NCBI RefSeq assembly: GCF_009914755.1
Contig: NC_060938.1
Length of the DNA stretch: 64,000 nucleotides
Strand: one strand, 5' to 3'
Source: the human T2T-CHM13v2.0 reference genome, Homo sapiens
Notes under the pieces: model-generated
Told to the model about the DNA's origin: nothing
What the model saw: only the letters and a program-made list of their open reading frames with translations
Databases searched by the model: none
In this document: in pieces, positions 39,855 through 52,887 of the stretch
Layout: each line of letters begins with the position of its first letter
Numbering within the stretch: position 1 is the first letter of the stretch
Made by a program: the position numbers and the translations under genes

Positions 39855-42800
39855 AGGTATAGAAAGCAGGGCAAGAAGGTAAAAGAAAGGTCCCATCCAT
39901 GGTCTCTTAGAAAAAAGGCTTATGATCCCAGAAAGCCACTTAATCAGACCTCAGATTTGACTGTCTTTTCTTTCAGTCTTTCAAAAATGATGTTCACCAG
40001 CATTGTAACCATCCTGGAAAAGTAGTTGATAGTCCATTACATGTTATAACATGTTATTTTCTCCATATTACCTCTACTCTACCAGCATCTAAGATCTACA
40101 GATCTCTTGATCTGTAGCACAGGGCACGAAAGCCTGACTAAAGTCTCCAAATGAATTTTAACACTATCCAGCCAAGAAGAGCAGGGATTCAGCATCTATT
40201 TAAGAAGCAATATTTTGGTCTTGATTATGCTCCGTCCAACCCCATCATTCACTACTAGAAATTCAGACTTAATGCATAATATAGGGAGTGCACACAGGGA
40301 CCACGGCTGGCAACAGAGAGTCCTTTCTTCTACCTATTCTTTTCCTCTACTGCAAATGTTAGTCCTGGAAATGGTCACTAAAGATTATGACATTCTACAG
40401 TCTGCCTGTTTAAGCGATACAATTCAAGATTTTAAAGTACACTGTATGCTCTGTGCAGGGAATTGCTTGGTATCTCTATTTAAAGGAAAATATTATTGTT
40501 ATGAATAGGCTTCAGATGCTGGAGTCACTAATAGTTAACTAAACTTGGTATTTTTTTATGCCCAAAATAAAGTATGTAAGATAACCTGGGAGCCATATGT
40601 GTCACATGATTTGTTGGGGCCCAATCACACCTAATTTCAGTGGCTGAAGAAAAAGAGCCAAGCAATTAAGGGAGAGTTTGGTGAGCTCCTGTTCAACCGA
40701 GGACGGAAACCTGCACAGCTGGAGACAATTCTGAGAAAATTGATCAGAATTCCTTTACCTTAACAAGATGCTGGCTAACAAGTTGATACACATGAGTTTC
40801 TATAATCAGGCAGCAAGAATTTAGGAACCCAGAAACACAAGTCACCTTGGAATATTCAATAGCTCCAACCTTTGTCATTTTAAGGAGCAGGGACACCTGT
40901 TAGCTTGGGATAAGGCAGACTATTTTTATGAATAACATAATATGCTTGGTAACAAAATGTTATATCCAGGTGTTGGGAGAATTAATCAATTGAATGTGGC
41001 TGCTTATAAAATAAATTGACAATAAGCTACACAAAAAATGGGGATTAGAAAAACTGCAAACTATTACTCTCAATGGCATAATGTCTGGGTATTCAAAATG
41101 TTGGGTCTCCTGTTTTTTTGTTTGTCTGTTTTAAAGACTTAAATTTTAATGTGTGTTCTCCAAATGAGTAGTTAAGCATTTTCACTGAATTGCTAATCCC
41201 CAGAACCCTATGAAAGGTTGCTTGATACACACTGATGTTTGCTTGCTTGCTTGCTTGACAGTATATGAACACATTCAAAAAAGTCTTTTGCTGGGACAGA
41301 TCAGCTACTTTAAGGAGGTTTTTCTAATTTCTAACTAATGAACATGGGACTCTGGAAGGGTATCAATCATATTAAACATCTGGAAGAGTTAATGAAAACA
41401 CCATTACATTATTTTTAAAATAATATAATTAATCTACATACTTCCATCCCCAATCTTATGATTATTTTTGCAGTTGTAGTCTTTAACTTCAAATCCAAAA
41501 AGTACTGGGAACATACCCTTTCTGATCCAAATGAGCATTCTATGTATCATTTTCTTTATTGCATGGAGCAGGAAAGACCTAACAAGAAAAAGGCATAGCC
41601 AAAATGCAAAACCACCTACCTACACAGAGAACAACAGCATAGTCTGATCTGTTTCCACCAGCCAGCAAAAGTGAACCTGGTAAGTTTACTTTAGCCTCTA
41701 AACCTGCTTCCTGGATTCTACATCTTTTCTTAACTATACCATTGCTATTTGGGGGCTGAGGGGGAACAGAACAATTAGACACACCTGGTTAAAGTGTCCT
41801 GTGCCCTGTTCACACTTCATGTTGTATCTTAAAGTGACAGCATATTAAAATGTCAATGGAATTCCTAGGCATTATGTGGCTATCACAGCTGAAAGTATAA
41901 TTATAGTTCTTAGCCTACGGAACTAGATTCCACTCATTTCAAGGACCAGAAAGTAATATATAGTGTGAAATATGTAATTTTCACAAAATTATAAAAGGTT
42001 AGAAAAATGAAGTGTACCTTCATGTAATCAAAAATTCTTATTGGCGTGTGTGTATGTGTGAGTGTGTGTTTATGTGTGAGCATGTGTTTAGAGCTTGGTC
42101 ATGGTATTCTTTGGAGTCTACCATCACATGTTAGGCACAATACTTAAAATTTTGGTCAAGAAAAGTGTTACTCTAATAGTTCCAAGACAAACACACAGCT
42201 GACCATATTTAGGTTTAAATATATATATTTAAAAGCCATACAGGAAACACTACTAAAATTTTACGTAGAAACTTAATATACTGAATTTGAATATAATAAA
42301 TATCATAAATGTGAAATGGAATCAAATTGCTTCCATGCACCGAAACAGGAACATTTAAAATCTGCTAGAACTTATGTCCCTGGTAATAAGTTGTGACATT
42401 ACATTCTTATTGTGAAAACCAGGAGTGCTTGCAAAATACTTGCACTATAAGCTTGTCTCAGTAGCCAAAATAAAACAGAATATTACTAAGGAATTTGGCA
42501 CTAAGACCAAAACAACAACTGTTCAAGGGGGAAATGGGATAATTAAATTGTTCATTTGAAGACTGTAATGATAAGATATGAATCACATATGCTAGATAAG
42601 TGTTTTGGCAGGGCCATGCTTCCACTGACATCTCCCAAGGACAATCCTAAAGTTGCAAAATCAGAGGAGCTGCCCCAGTGAATGCTGTACTTAAGTAAAG
42701 CATTTTACAGCAGATTGTCTGAACGCTTCTCATCATAACACTACACTACTGCAATTTGTCAACCTCTTATAAACAAATGCTCAAGCTCTCTCTCACATAG

Positions 42801-43451
42801 GAGTATGGTTGCTAAGACACACTCTGCTTTTTTAATCTGAGCATTTGTTTCTAACTTCTAGAAATCATTTCCTAAGCTGCTAGGCAGACCCAGGACCAGC
42901 TTGATTGCCTCACCTCCCAGGACTCCTGCTACCAGCCCGGGTCATCAGCTCCCCGTTCCTGTGAGTGGCCTGGCTGCTCTCTCACACCCAAGAGGCCCTC
43001 TCCTCAGCCCATTTGGACATGTAAACATGCGCTTACTCTACTAAATAGTTGGTTATACAGAAAAACATGTTTTGACGGCTGCAACTGCTCCAACTTGGCT
43101 AGTCTTGGTTCTGCTGGACCAGCGACAAATGCCACAGCTTTTTAATGGTCTGACCCCTGGGACTTTCATCAGCCAACACCCTATTTATTTAGAGGCCTCT
43201 GTCCTCTGAGACCCTCCAACAAACACTGCTGCATTATGCATCCAGTGCTTTTGTTCCACTTGGATTAGAGAGCACAGTCCATCTAGTCTCTTATTTTTCC
43301 CCCTTCTATATAAAAGTAGGTAGGGTGAAAATCTTTTAAACTATAGAAACCAGAAGTATATGTTTAAGTGTTAATTTTAATTCAGGTTTGACAACTAGTA
43401 GATCCATGTGACCTGTGTACATTTAAAGCAATATTTAAAGTTGGGATAGAT

Positions 43452-44290
43452 CATTCCTTCACTCCCTCCCTCACTTATTCATTCAGTTACCACCTACAGA
43501 ATATCTATTTGATACCAGGCACAGTGCCAGATACTGGGAGTGCAAATATAAATGCGACATGATCTCACATTTTAACAGAGGGAACCATAAAAACCTAACA
43601 TCAAAATGTAAAACGTGCATATGATATATTAATACATTATAGACACATACACACAGAGTTTTAAACAATGTCAGAGAAATGAATTGTTGATTCACTCTGA
43701 AGATATAGAAGAGGATTCACAGAAATAGTTATAGTCGAGTTGGGCCTTGAAGGATGAGAGACTTTTCCCCAGATGGAGCTAGGTGAGAGTAATTGTAGCA
43801 AACACAAGTAGTGTAATAGATGTTAACTGCTTGTATTTGAATTCTGGCTCTCTCCTTTCTCATTTCTTGAACTCTTCAAATTTCAGTTTCCTCATCTGTT
43901 CAATGGAGATAATACTAGTATTTCCTACATGGGCTTGTTAGAAAGATTAAAGTAGACAATATGGTAAAGAACAATGCATAGACACAGCAAATGCTCGAGA
44001 AGGTAGTTGCTAGTGATTTTTATTACCATTATCACTATGATGTGTTTTTACAAGTTGTGCTTGGGAAATAATAAATGGTAGTCTGGTGTAGATAGAATGA
44101 AAGTGTGTTAGACTTAGCAGATATTGCGGATTCTGGAAAAGACTGGTTGGGATCCTATATGAAAGGCCTTGTATGTCATTCTAAAAAGTCTGGACTCGAT
44201 ATTATCAACAAAAGGAAACCAGGGATGGTCATACAGTTCAGATGACACCTGCTAAGAGACTGACAGTGTACAGAAAGCTGCAGTGTAGGA
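43452..44290 (-). mobile_element. L2 interrupted by a MIR
   Basis: cattcagtt...ccaggcacagtgccagatactggg; gagttgggccttgaaggatgag; gaaaggccttgtatgtcattctaa. Confidence 0.7.
43830..44037 (+). mobile_element. MIR
   Basis: ttcagtttcctcatctgttcaatggagataatactagta core. Confidence 0.85.
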
Positions 44291-44357
44291 GGGTAATTGG
44301 TGTCTTTTGTTCTTTTCTGGGGCATGAGGTGGGGGGGGGGTATTCTGCCATCCTTGG

Positions 44358-44545
44358 AATTGGAGTGGTGGCAGCAGTTTGCCCAAGGTGGAGGCAATAA
44401 GGGGCTGCACTGTCTGTGAAAAATTTTTAAAAAATAATAAGCATCAGTTTGCATTATATTATCATCACAATCTGATAATTCTGAACAATGTCAGTAAAGT
44501 AATGTGCTCTTCCCTGTTGGACAAGCCACCCCTTGGCATGCCATG
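44358..44545 (+). mobile_element. MER97-family hAT-Tip100 fossil
   Basis: ggcaataaggggctgcactgtctgt...aattctgaacaatgtcagt...cccttggcatgcca. Confidence 0.65.
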
Positions 44546-44935
44546 GCTTGGTAGTTTGTTCTGAGAACTCCAAGGAGGATTAACAAGCACCGAGAAGCTG
44601 AGTACCCTGTAAGGACTTCCTGACGCTTAGGCATGGGTTAATTCAGGACTAGGAAATGGGCCTGAGGAGCAAACAGCCAAACACAAAGTTTGAGAGGGGC
44701 CAAGTAGTAGGAAAAGTTCAGGGTCTCTCCTGAGGAGAAAAAATCAAAGTGGGAGGCAGCCTCAGGGGTATCCTGAGAAAAAGAGGCAATGACACTGGAT
44801 ATTGGGTAGCGAAGAGGATAGACACAGATGCAGAAAATTAAGGAGGGGAGGGAGAAGGCTTACAACAATACACCTTCCTCATCTGTGGCTTCCTCACCAT
44901 TGGTGGGGCAAGTACCAATCCAGAAAGATCCAGTC

Positions 44936-45103
44936 CAGTGGTTTTCAGTACTTCCAGCATCAGCATCATCATATCCCAAATGCAAATCGTTGGTCTCCAC
45001 CCTGAACTAACAGTATGAGCAACTGTGGGGTGGGGCTCAGCAATCTGGGTTTTAACTAGCCCTCCTGGTTATTCTGATACACGCTCAAGTTTGAGAATCA
45101 CAG
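44936..45103. mobile_element. MER5A (hAT-Charlie)
   Basis: cagtggttttc...aaatgcaaat...ggggtggggctcagcaatctgggttttaac...agtttgagaatcac. Confidence 0.88.
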
Positions 45104-45243
45104 GTCTCCCCATGTGTGGAGCAACTCTCTAAATACAGCACTATATCCTCTGGGTTATGATATCATATTCTGATGCCTCACTAATATTTATGACATTTGT
45201 CACATATCAATACGTATGCCTCGAACAGTTCCTTCCCTTAACC

Positions 45244-45467
45244 CAGTGGTTCTCAACAGGGGTGAAGGGTGGTTTTGTTTCCCAGGCGGGTATTCGGCAA
45301 TGTCTGGAGGCATTTTCAGTTGTCACACTGAAAGGAAGGTATTATTGGCATCTAGTGAGTAGAGGCCTTAGATCCTGCTAAAACAGTCTACAGTGCTGCA
45401 GACAGGGCCTTGCAACAAAGAATTATCTGGACCAAAGTGTCAATAGAGTCGAGGTTGAGAAACCCTG
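45244..45467 (+). mobile_element. MER20 (hAT-Charlie)
   Basis: cagtggttctcaac...ggcaatgtctggag...ggcatctagtgagtagaggcc...gaggttgagaaaccctg; near-TSD ttaacc. Confidence 0.92.
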
Positions 45468-48400
45468 GTTAACCTTACCAAGAAAGAGGTATTTTTTAGG
45501 AGGATCTCCATTACACTGGGGGAAGGGAAAAGCAGGGTGGGGAAGTCGGCATCCAATCTGGTGTCTTTGAACACAAATCCTCGCTCCTGAGGCAGGAATG
45601 TTTACTGATTGGTGACTGACTCTGTTTATTGTTGGTCCGTAAAGGAAGTAGGCGCTTTATGACCCTAACCAGGAACTGCGGGCTTTGTTTGCTCTCCCTC
45701 TCTCGAGCTTGTCTTTCTGTATATTGTTTCTATCCTGACCTCATTCTTTGATTCCAAAGCGGTCAGGCCAGTCCTGATCTGGATCTCGAGCATTAAGTCC
45801 CAGTAGCTCAGACATGGCTTGTAAGGGAGGAGGAGTAATGGTGATTCTGGAGACTGCTCATTCTGCGAGTGGGCACTGGGGAGGACAACCCCACTTGGGG
45901 TTGGCCAAAGCCAAGACACCAGAGAATGCTTGATGATCTCCCACTGACTGCTTTCTCTTTAGACTGCGAGAGGCCAGTGGAAAGGGGGCCACTGGCATCA
46001 CCCTGGAGAGAAGCTAGTTAGGGCTGTGCCAGACACATGTGTGAGTGATGTGTGGAAGCTCCACCCGCCCTGGCACGTTGCTGGTATAGCAGAGGCCGGC
46101 ACGCAAGGGCTATCCATTGAGCAATTCTGCTAGAATCTGAATGAGGCAGGAACTGGGCTTGATTGTGGGGTGGAGGGGCATGAAGGAGACAGATCTATGG
46201 AGCCTGGAAGCACATCCCACATAGAAAACGTGCAGTCAGATGGAAAGAACGAATGAGAGCTATGGTTGACATGAATATCTGGCTTGCTTTCTTTTCATGT
46301 AATTTGGGAACCTTGTCTGCTGTGCTATCCAAGGAAGCTCACTGCTGGTGCAAAAGGACATTTAATTCCTGCAAACAATGCTTGGCATCTTTTTCTGCAA
46401 TGATTTTTACAGCCCTCATATTTCCATGGGCCTTTTCACATTTACCACTGTTTGACTCTAGAATACACTCTAGTAGCCAAATGGAATAAAGTCCTGTTTT
46501 TATTTTAATGGAAATTTGTTGTGTTTAAAGCCTAAGACATGCTTTATCTTAGACCTGGGGTCTGGTGTGCCTGGGTTTGGGTCTCCAGCATTTCTTAGCC
46601 TCAGCTGCAGTGGAGCTCTGCAATGGGAAGACCCCTCTGGAGGGCAGGCCCAACACTGGAAACTCACTTCCTAAACACCAAGGGAGCTGGCGAGCAACCC
46701 TCCGATGCAAACACCTTTCAGGCAGCACTGCGGGAGTCTCTATTTAAACAGGTGACCTTGCAGAGAGAGGCTCCAGATCCCATTACTGACTGCCCGGCTG
46801 AGAGGCAGATTTGTTTTTATGAGCTCTCAAGGCACACATTGGGGGCCAGGCGTAAATATGGAGAAAACTTGCTGAGACCTTGCCCCCTTTCCACAAAACG
46901 TAAAGAAAAGAAAATCATGCCGAGGCTTTTGAGAATCATGACTTATCACTAAATGACCAGTGAACAAAATGGTCATCATTTAATTCAAGGTTTAAATTTA
47001 CTTTATCTCTGGTGATGAAAAGGAGTATCAGATATTTCAGCCCTCCTGCGTCCTTCAGGGAATGGTGGAAAGAGGAAAACAGCTGCTTGTATATGAAGCA
47101 GTTTAAGGGTCAAATATTACTCTGCCCAGAGGTGCTGACATCACTTAACTCTCCCTAGGAGAGGGGCATTGGCATCATTTGCTGGGCTGAGGCCGCAGGC
47201 CTGAAGATGGGCGGGCCACAGCCCCCATCTTGTTTCTCCTTGAGCACCTATAGGGTCAACAATTGCAAGTGAACATTGCAATTAAGACTCTAAAACTTTG
47301 TTTTTATTGGCTTTCGGGGGGAATATTTTTTTCACAATTAATGAAAACACAATACAGCCAGTAAGTTAAAATGTGAATGTGAGTTTCAAACGTTGCATAG
47401 TCATTAGGCTAATCATTAGTCATTAGTCATTTGTGGTTGACAAGGAGGGTTATAATTTGACACCTGGCAAAAATCAAGTAGATTTCAGAGAACTTAGAGT
47501 TGGGAAATGAGATGGAAAAAACACCCTCTTTTTCCCTAGGAGGTCCCATGAAGTAACGTTTGCAAAACCTCTTTTCTCTCCCCAGAAGTGAATGACCCAT
47601 GATTCAGGGCTGTGGTGTCTCCATCTCTGCCTGCTGGACCACCCCTACCCCCACCCTCCAGAGCCTTGTATGCACTGGCCAAAGAATTGCCTCAGAAGGT
47701 TCTCCGAAGTGAACCTCTGGGAGTTGAGAGAAAGAGATAAATAACTTCTCAACCTGATGTTTAAGCAACAAGAAACCACCAGAAAGTGTCGGCCTCAATT
47801 CTGAAAATATTTTTTGAAACATCATAGATTCATGGGAGAATGACAGAATGACATGAGAATGACAGGATTCTTAGTTCCTAACTTTTCTGTAAAATCCCAG
47901 ATTTTCTTCTGTCTATCGTCTATGACCCATTTTCTTTTGTGTGATGAGAGCAAAATATTGAACCCTGAGTTTGTACTTTCTGACCCCTGACCTCTCCCAG
48001 GTGTTCTGGCTCATTTCCTGAGAGTTATGTTTGATTTGGGAACGCTTCCCTCTTTTCTCCCATTCCCCTGTTACCGCTTGAAACCTGGAACACCCGCAAA
48101 CAAGACCCTGACTATCTCCCTGTACTACCCAAAAACACTCTTAAGTGTTCTCTCAGAACTTGGCAAGCATCTATACAGGGACAGTTTTCTCACACTCTGG
48201 GAAATCAAAATATAAAACAATAGCTCTTTTCCAATTCTTCAACCTGAAGATAAATTTTAGGGTCATTTCTTTTTCCTTCCTATTTAACATGAGTTTCCGT
48301 TTTAGTACTAAGAGGAAATCAAATAAATAATCGACTTTGGTTTTCAATGTAACAAGGAAATAGAAATTCTAATTTGATCCAAAAGTTATTCCAAGATCAT

Positions 48401-49305
48401 CTCCTCAGAAGTTGCAGTTAACATTTTCCTAAAAAATCTCTCCCTTTCCTTTTCTTTTTCAGATTTCAGAATAAAAGGCTGGAAAATATTACTTATGAAG
48501 TTAAGCATTATTTTTGCTTTAAATTGAAGCTGAAACCCTGCTTGACACCGCTACTCTGCTAATCCTGGTTGTCTTTTAAAAAGAAAATGCTTAGGATACC
48601 TAAACAATCTTGATAAAAAGATTTCTACATCTTTTAATTAAATGAGAGGCCAATCTACTAAGCTAACAAAAAGAACTACATTCAGGAATGCAACAGATTC
48701 TGCCTACTCCATTTGGCATGATTCCTTAAAAATAAATAACTACTTCATGAGTTGTGCAAGTAAAAATAAGATATTGTGTGCACTAAAAACATTTCCTCAA
48801 GGAGCATCCAGGCTGGGCTCATGAAGCCCACTTGTCACCAGCATCAAGCCGCCCATCCAGGCACCATCCAGGAGGGTGAGCCTTCTCTTCCTAGTCTAGG
48901 GCGGAGGGTCATTCATGCACTGGACTGGAGTTAAGAGGCTTGAACCTGAGCTGACAATGAACAGGACTGGGAGAGGCTCAACTGTCCTGGGTTCAGATGA
49001 CAGTTTGTAGGTATCAGAATAAGTACAGGGGCAGCTGGTGCACAGACCCTGGAAAATTCACTGACACACGGTGAATATATAAATATCATGTCTCATTCTC
49101 TGTGGTGTAAAACCACACAAATGCAACTTAGGCTTTATAAAATGCCCAGATTACTAAGTAGCCAAAGAAATATAAGAAAAAAATCTGTGAATTGATTCTG
49201 TGTGAAACCTGGCTCATGATAGTAAAACAGGCTTAGTGTGTTTGTGTTTTATTTTTCCAAATACATAATTTGAAAATACACATGGCTGTGCCCATTTTTA
49301 AATGA

Positions 49306-49695
49306 CATTTATTCAATCATTCATTCACCAAGTGTTTATTGAGCACCTACTTTGTGTTCAACACTCTTGTAGGCACTGTGTAATATATATACATATATAT
49401 ATCAATGAAGGAAGGCCCCTTGCCTTTAGGAAGCCTACACTCCAATGGAAGTGGGCAAAAACAGTTAACGTGTACACAAATAAATAACTTTGATAAGGTC
49501 AGAAGACTAAAACAAAGCCAAATAAGGTAATGAAAAAAAAAAAAAGAGAGACACACGGGAGGCCACTGGAGATGGGGCAGCCAAAGAAGTTTCTCTGAGG
49601 AGATGACAGCTGAGCTGAGGTATGAAGGTCGAGAAAAAGCCAGTCACTCCAGGAAAAAGGGATTCCAAGAACACAGGTCCTGAGACAGGAGAGGT
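49306..49695 (-). mobile_element. L2a 3' end
   Basis: cattcattcaccaagtgtttattgagcacctac...ttctctgaggagatgacagctgagctgag. Confidence 0.88.
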
Positions 49696-51263
49696 ATGTA
49701 CTTGCAATCACTTTATTTTTAAACAATGAAAACACTGCCTTGGAAACAGAATATCAGATTAGAAGAAGCCTCCAAGACCATGTAGGGAAATGCCCTCAGT
49801 TTCCAGGTTGGGGAGTGAAGTCCCAGAGCAGCTCCATTGACTTGCACAGTGGGGCCAACAGTGCTGAACTAGAACGCTGGTCTCCTGTCTTTAGTGGGTG
49901 TGTCTTCCCACATGATCCATTGCCTTAGTGGATCTGTGTTAATTACACTCCCCCTGGACACTGACAGCCTGTCCGCAAAGGAATCATGTCTGCTCACCTG
50001 ACCTTTCCAAATGAAACTGGGTCAGAATTCTAACGAGTTCTCACTTTAGGAGAGCATCTTAGGAAAAAGTCAAACTTTTTTCTAACGCGTACTTCTTACT
50101 TTTCAAAATTTAAAAGAACACAAATACAGAGACAAGAAATTCTAAAGTGTATATTTTTCTGAGAGTATTTGGAAGTACTGAGTTGGATCATATAATGAGA
50201 AGTTCATCGCAATGTTGTATTATTTCATAAAAAACAGAAATGCATATCCCAGATAGATTCTGATTACCAAAAATGGATGATATTCACAATAATTTTGTGT
50301 GGTTTTTGCTATAATAGGGAAGTATGTAACCTATTAAGCTCTCACAAAAGTTTCACTGAAGAAAATATTATTCAATAACCCCCAAATGGGAAAAATTTAT
50401 CCTGTAAGAACTTGGCCCAGAGTATGTAGAGTTGCATCCAGCTCTATTTATCATCTTGCAAACTTCTTCATTATGTCAAAACTAAATCTCAGCTGTGCCC
50501 TGACTGCAAAGCAAAAGCATAAGGCTATTTTAGCCACCTCAACAAGAATATTCTGAGAACTAATTGATTTTCCAAGAATGTTAAACACTTTTTATCAATC
50601 TTTGGTCAAGGTTCACAGTTATGATATTATATTATCAGCCTCAAATTTGTTTGTCTAAAGAAACTTATGATTTTACTCTTGATTCACAGAAAGGAAAAAC
50701 AATCTTCTAGAATGTTCATGATAGCCATAGCCTTCCGCTGTGCTAGAATCTCAACAATTTAGACTTCATTCGGCTTGATTCCCATATGCTCGACTCAAAA
50801 GTAGCTTTCCCATGGGCCTAGCCTGAGGTTCTAAGGTTCAGCTCACAGTTAGAGTTTTCTTCTCTCAAGCAGCCTCTTTCTCAACACTTTCAGGTTTTCT
50901 CACGCTGCAGGGAGAGCCCAAGTAAGAATCCTAAAGTACTTTCTCCATGGTACATGACTTTTCAGGAATATTTCAGCCCTTTTGAGACACGCACCTGCTC
51001 TTTACAGAGGCAGCTAAGGAGCAAACACTCTGGATAAAGATAATTTTACTTTCACTGATGGCAGATTTCTTAGAGCTTAACTAGAAAACATTTTTAAAAC
51101 TGTTACAATAGCAAAATAAACAACAAACATTTTGAACTTTTGCTTTACTTCTTGAATTTTAAGCTAGAGCTAATCTCAGATAGACCTTGAATAGACACTG
51201 AAAATAGGCATGGTATTAGTTCCAAATTCTCTCTCCAAAAACTTGCCCTTAAAATAGGAGATT

Positions 51264-52162
51264 ATCCATCTGAAAAAGAGCTAACATACAGAATCTACAA
51301 GGAACTTAAACAAAAAACAAACAACCCCATAAAAAAGTGCACGAAGGACATGAACAGACAGTTCTCAAAAGAAGACATTTATGTGGCCAACAAACATATG
51401 AAAAAAAGCTCATCATCACTGGTCATTAGAGAAATGCAAATCAAAACCACAATGAGATACCATCTCATGCCAGTTAGAATGGCAATCATTGAAAAGTCGG
51501 GAAACAACACATGCTGGAGAGGATATGGAGAAATAGGAATGCTTTTACATGGTTGGTGGGGGGTAAACTAGTTCAGCCATTGTGGAAGACAGTGTGGCAA
51601 TTCCTCAAGGACCTAGAACCAGAAATACCATTTGACCCAGCAATCCCATTACTGGGTATATACTCAAAGGATTAGAAATCATTCTACTATAAAGACACAT
51701 GCACATGTATGTTTATTGCAGCATTGTTCACAATAGCAAAGACTTGGAACCAACCCAAATGCCCATCAATGACAGACTGGATTAAGCAAATGTGGCACAT
51801 ATACACCATGGAATACTATGCAGCCATAAAAAAGAATGAGTTCATGTCCTTTGCAGGGACATGGATGAAGCTGGAAACCATCATTCTCAGCAAACTAACA
51901 CAGGAACAGAAAACCAAACAGTGCATGTTCTCACTCATAAGTGGGAGCTGAACAATGAGAACACATGGACACAGGGAGGGGAACAACACACACTGGGGCC
52001 TTTCAGGGGCTGTGGGGCTAGGGGAGGATAGCATTAGGAGAAATACCTAATGTAAATGACGAGTTGATGGGTGCAGCAAACCACCATGGCATGTGTATAC
52101 CTATATAACAAACCTGCACATTCTGCACATGTATTCCAGAACTTAAAGTATAATTTAAAAAA
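51264..52162 (+). mobile_element. 5'-truncated L1PA (about PA7-age): ORF2 C-terminus and 3' UTR
   Basis: ORFs 51350-51571 and 51709-51951 give L1 ORF2 peptides; polyA; TSD aggagattatc (51256-51266, 52163-52173). Confidence 0.97.
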
Positions 52163-52873
52163 AGGAGATTATCTGAGAAAAGTTTATGATGGCATAACAC
52201 TTAGAAAAATATCCCGTTTGTTTTTAATTCAATATAATCTCACATCAATTTATTTTATTTGCATATTATATAGTTATTAAATTATAGTAACACGCAAATT
52301 GGAATCTAAGCTATAGCTTAGGCAAACTATCTCATAGGGAAACTTGTGATGGGCATTGGCTAAATAAGTAGATTAATGAAATTGCTGGAAATTTGAAAGC
52401 AGTTGGGGTAAAACCCTGAACGGGGACTAGGGGGAGGAATGAAGGAAACAGTCATCATGCTGATGCTCATTTTAGAAATAATTCACTTTCCCGTGACAAA
52501 GATAAGAAGGCCATTTAAGAATTATTTACCTCTCAGCTTAAAAAAGAGAAAAAATGATGTCTGGAGAACCCCACTGACAGGCATGAAGAATGCATTGTCG
52601 CTCTTCCATCTCATCCTCAGGCTGGGGTAGGCACAGGAGAAGGCTTTGCAGTTAAGCAGGGAAGAGAAGCAAGAAGTATCCAAACAGAACACACCTTACC
52701 TTATTAGCTAAGGGAGAGTCTTCTAAGACCATTTAATTAGTCGAGGAAAAATAGCTACTATACTCTATACAAACACTAAATCTTCATTTTTAAAATTTAG
52801 ACAAAACAGAAATTAAAGAGAGATTACACACTTTACAAAGGTTCCGCAATGTGAGTCATAAAAATAGCTTGTT

Positions 52874-52887
52874 CCTCTAGGGGGCGA
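52874..52887 (+). promoter_or_regulatory. Candidate CTCF binding site
   Basis: CCTCTAGGGGGCGA closely fits the CTCF core CCASYAGRKGGCRS; it is a GC patch in AT-rich surroundings. Confidence 0.45.

Noticed and set aside
40096-40117. 9-bp hairpin ctacagatc-tctt-gatctgtag
   Set aside because: Too short; expected by chance in 64 kb.
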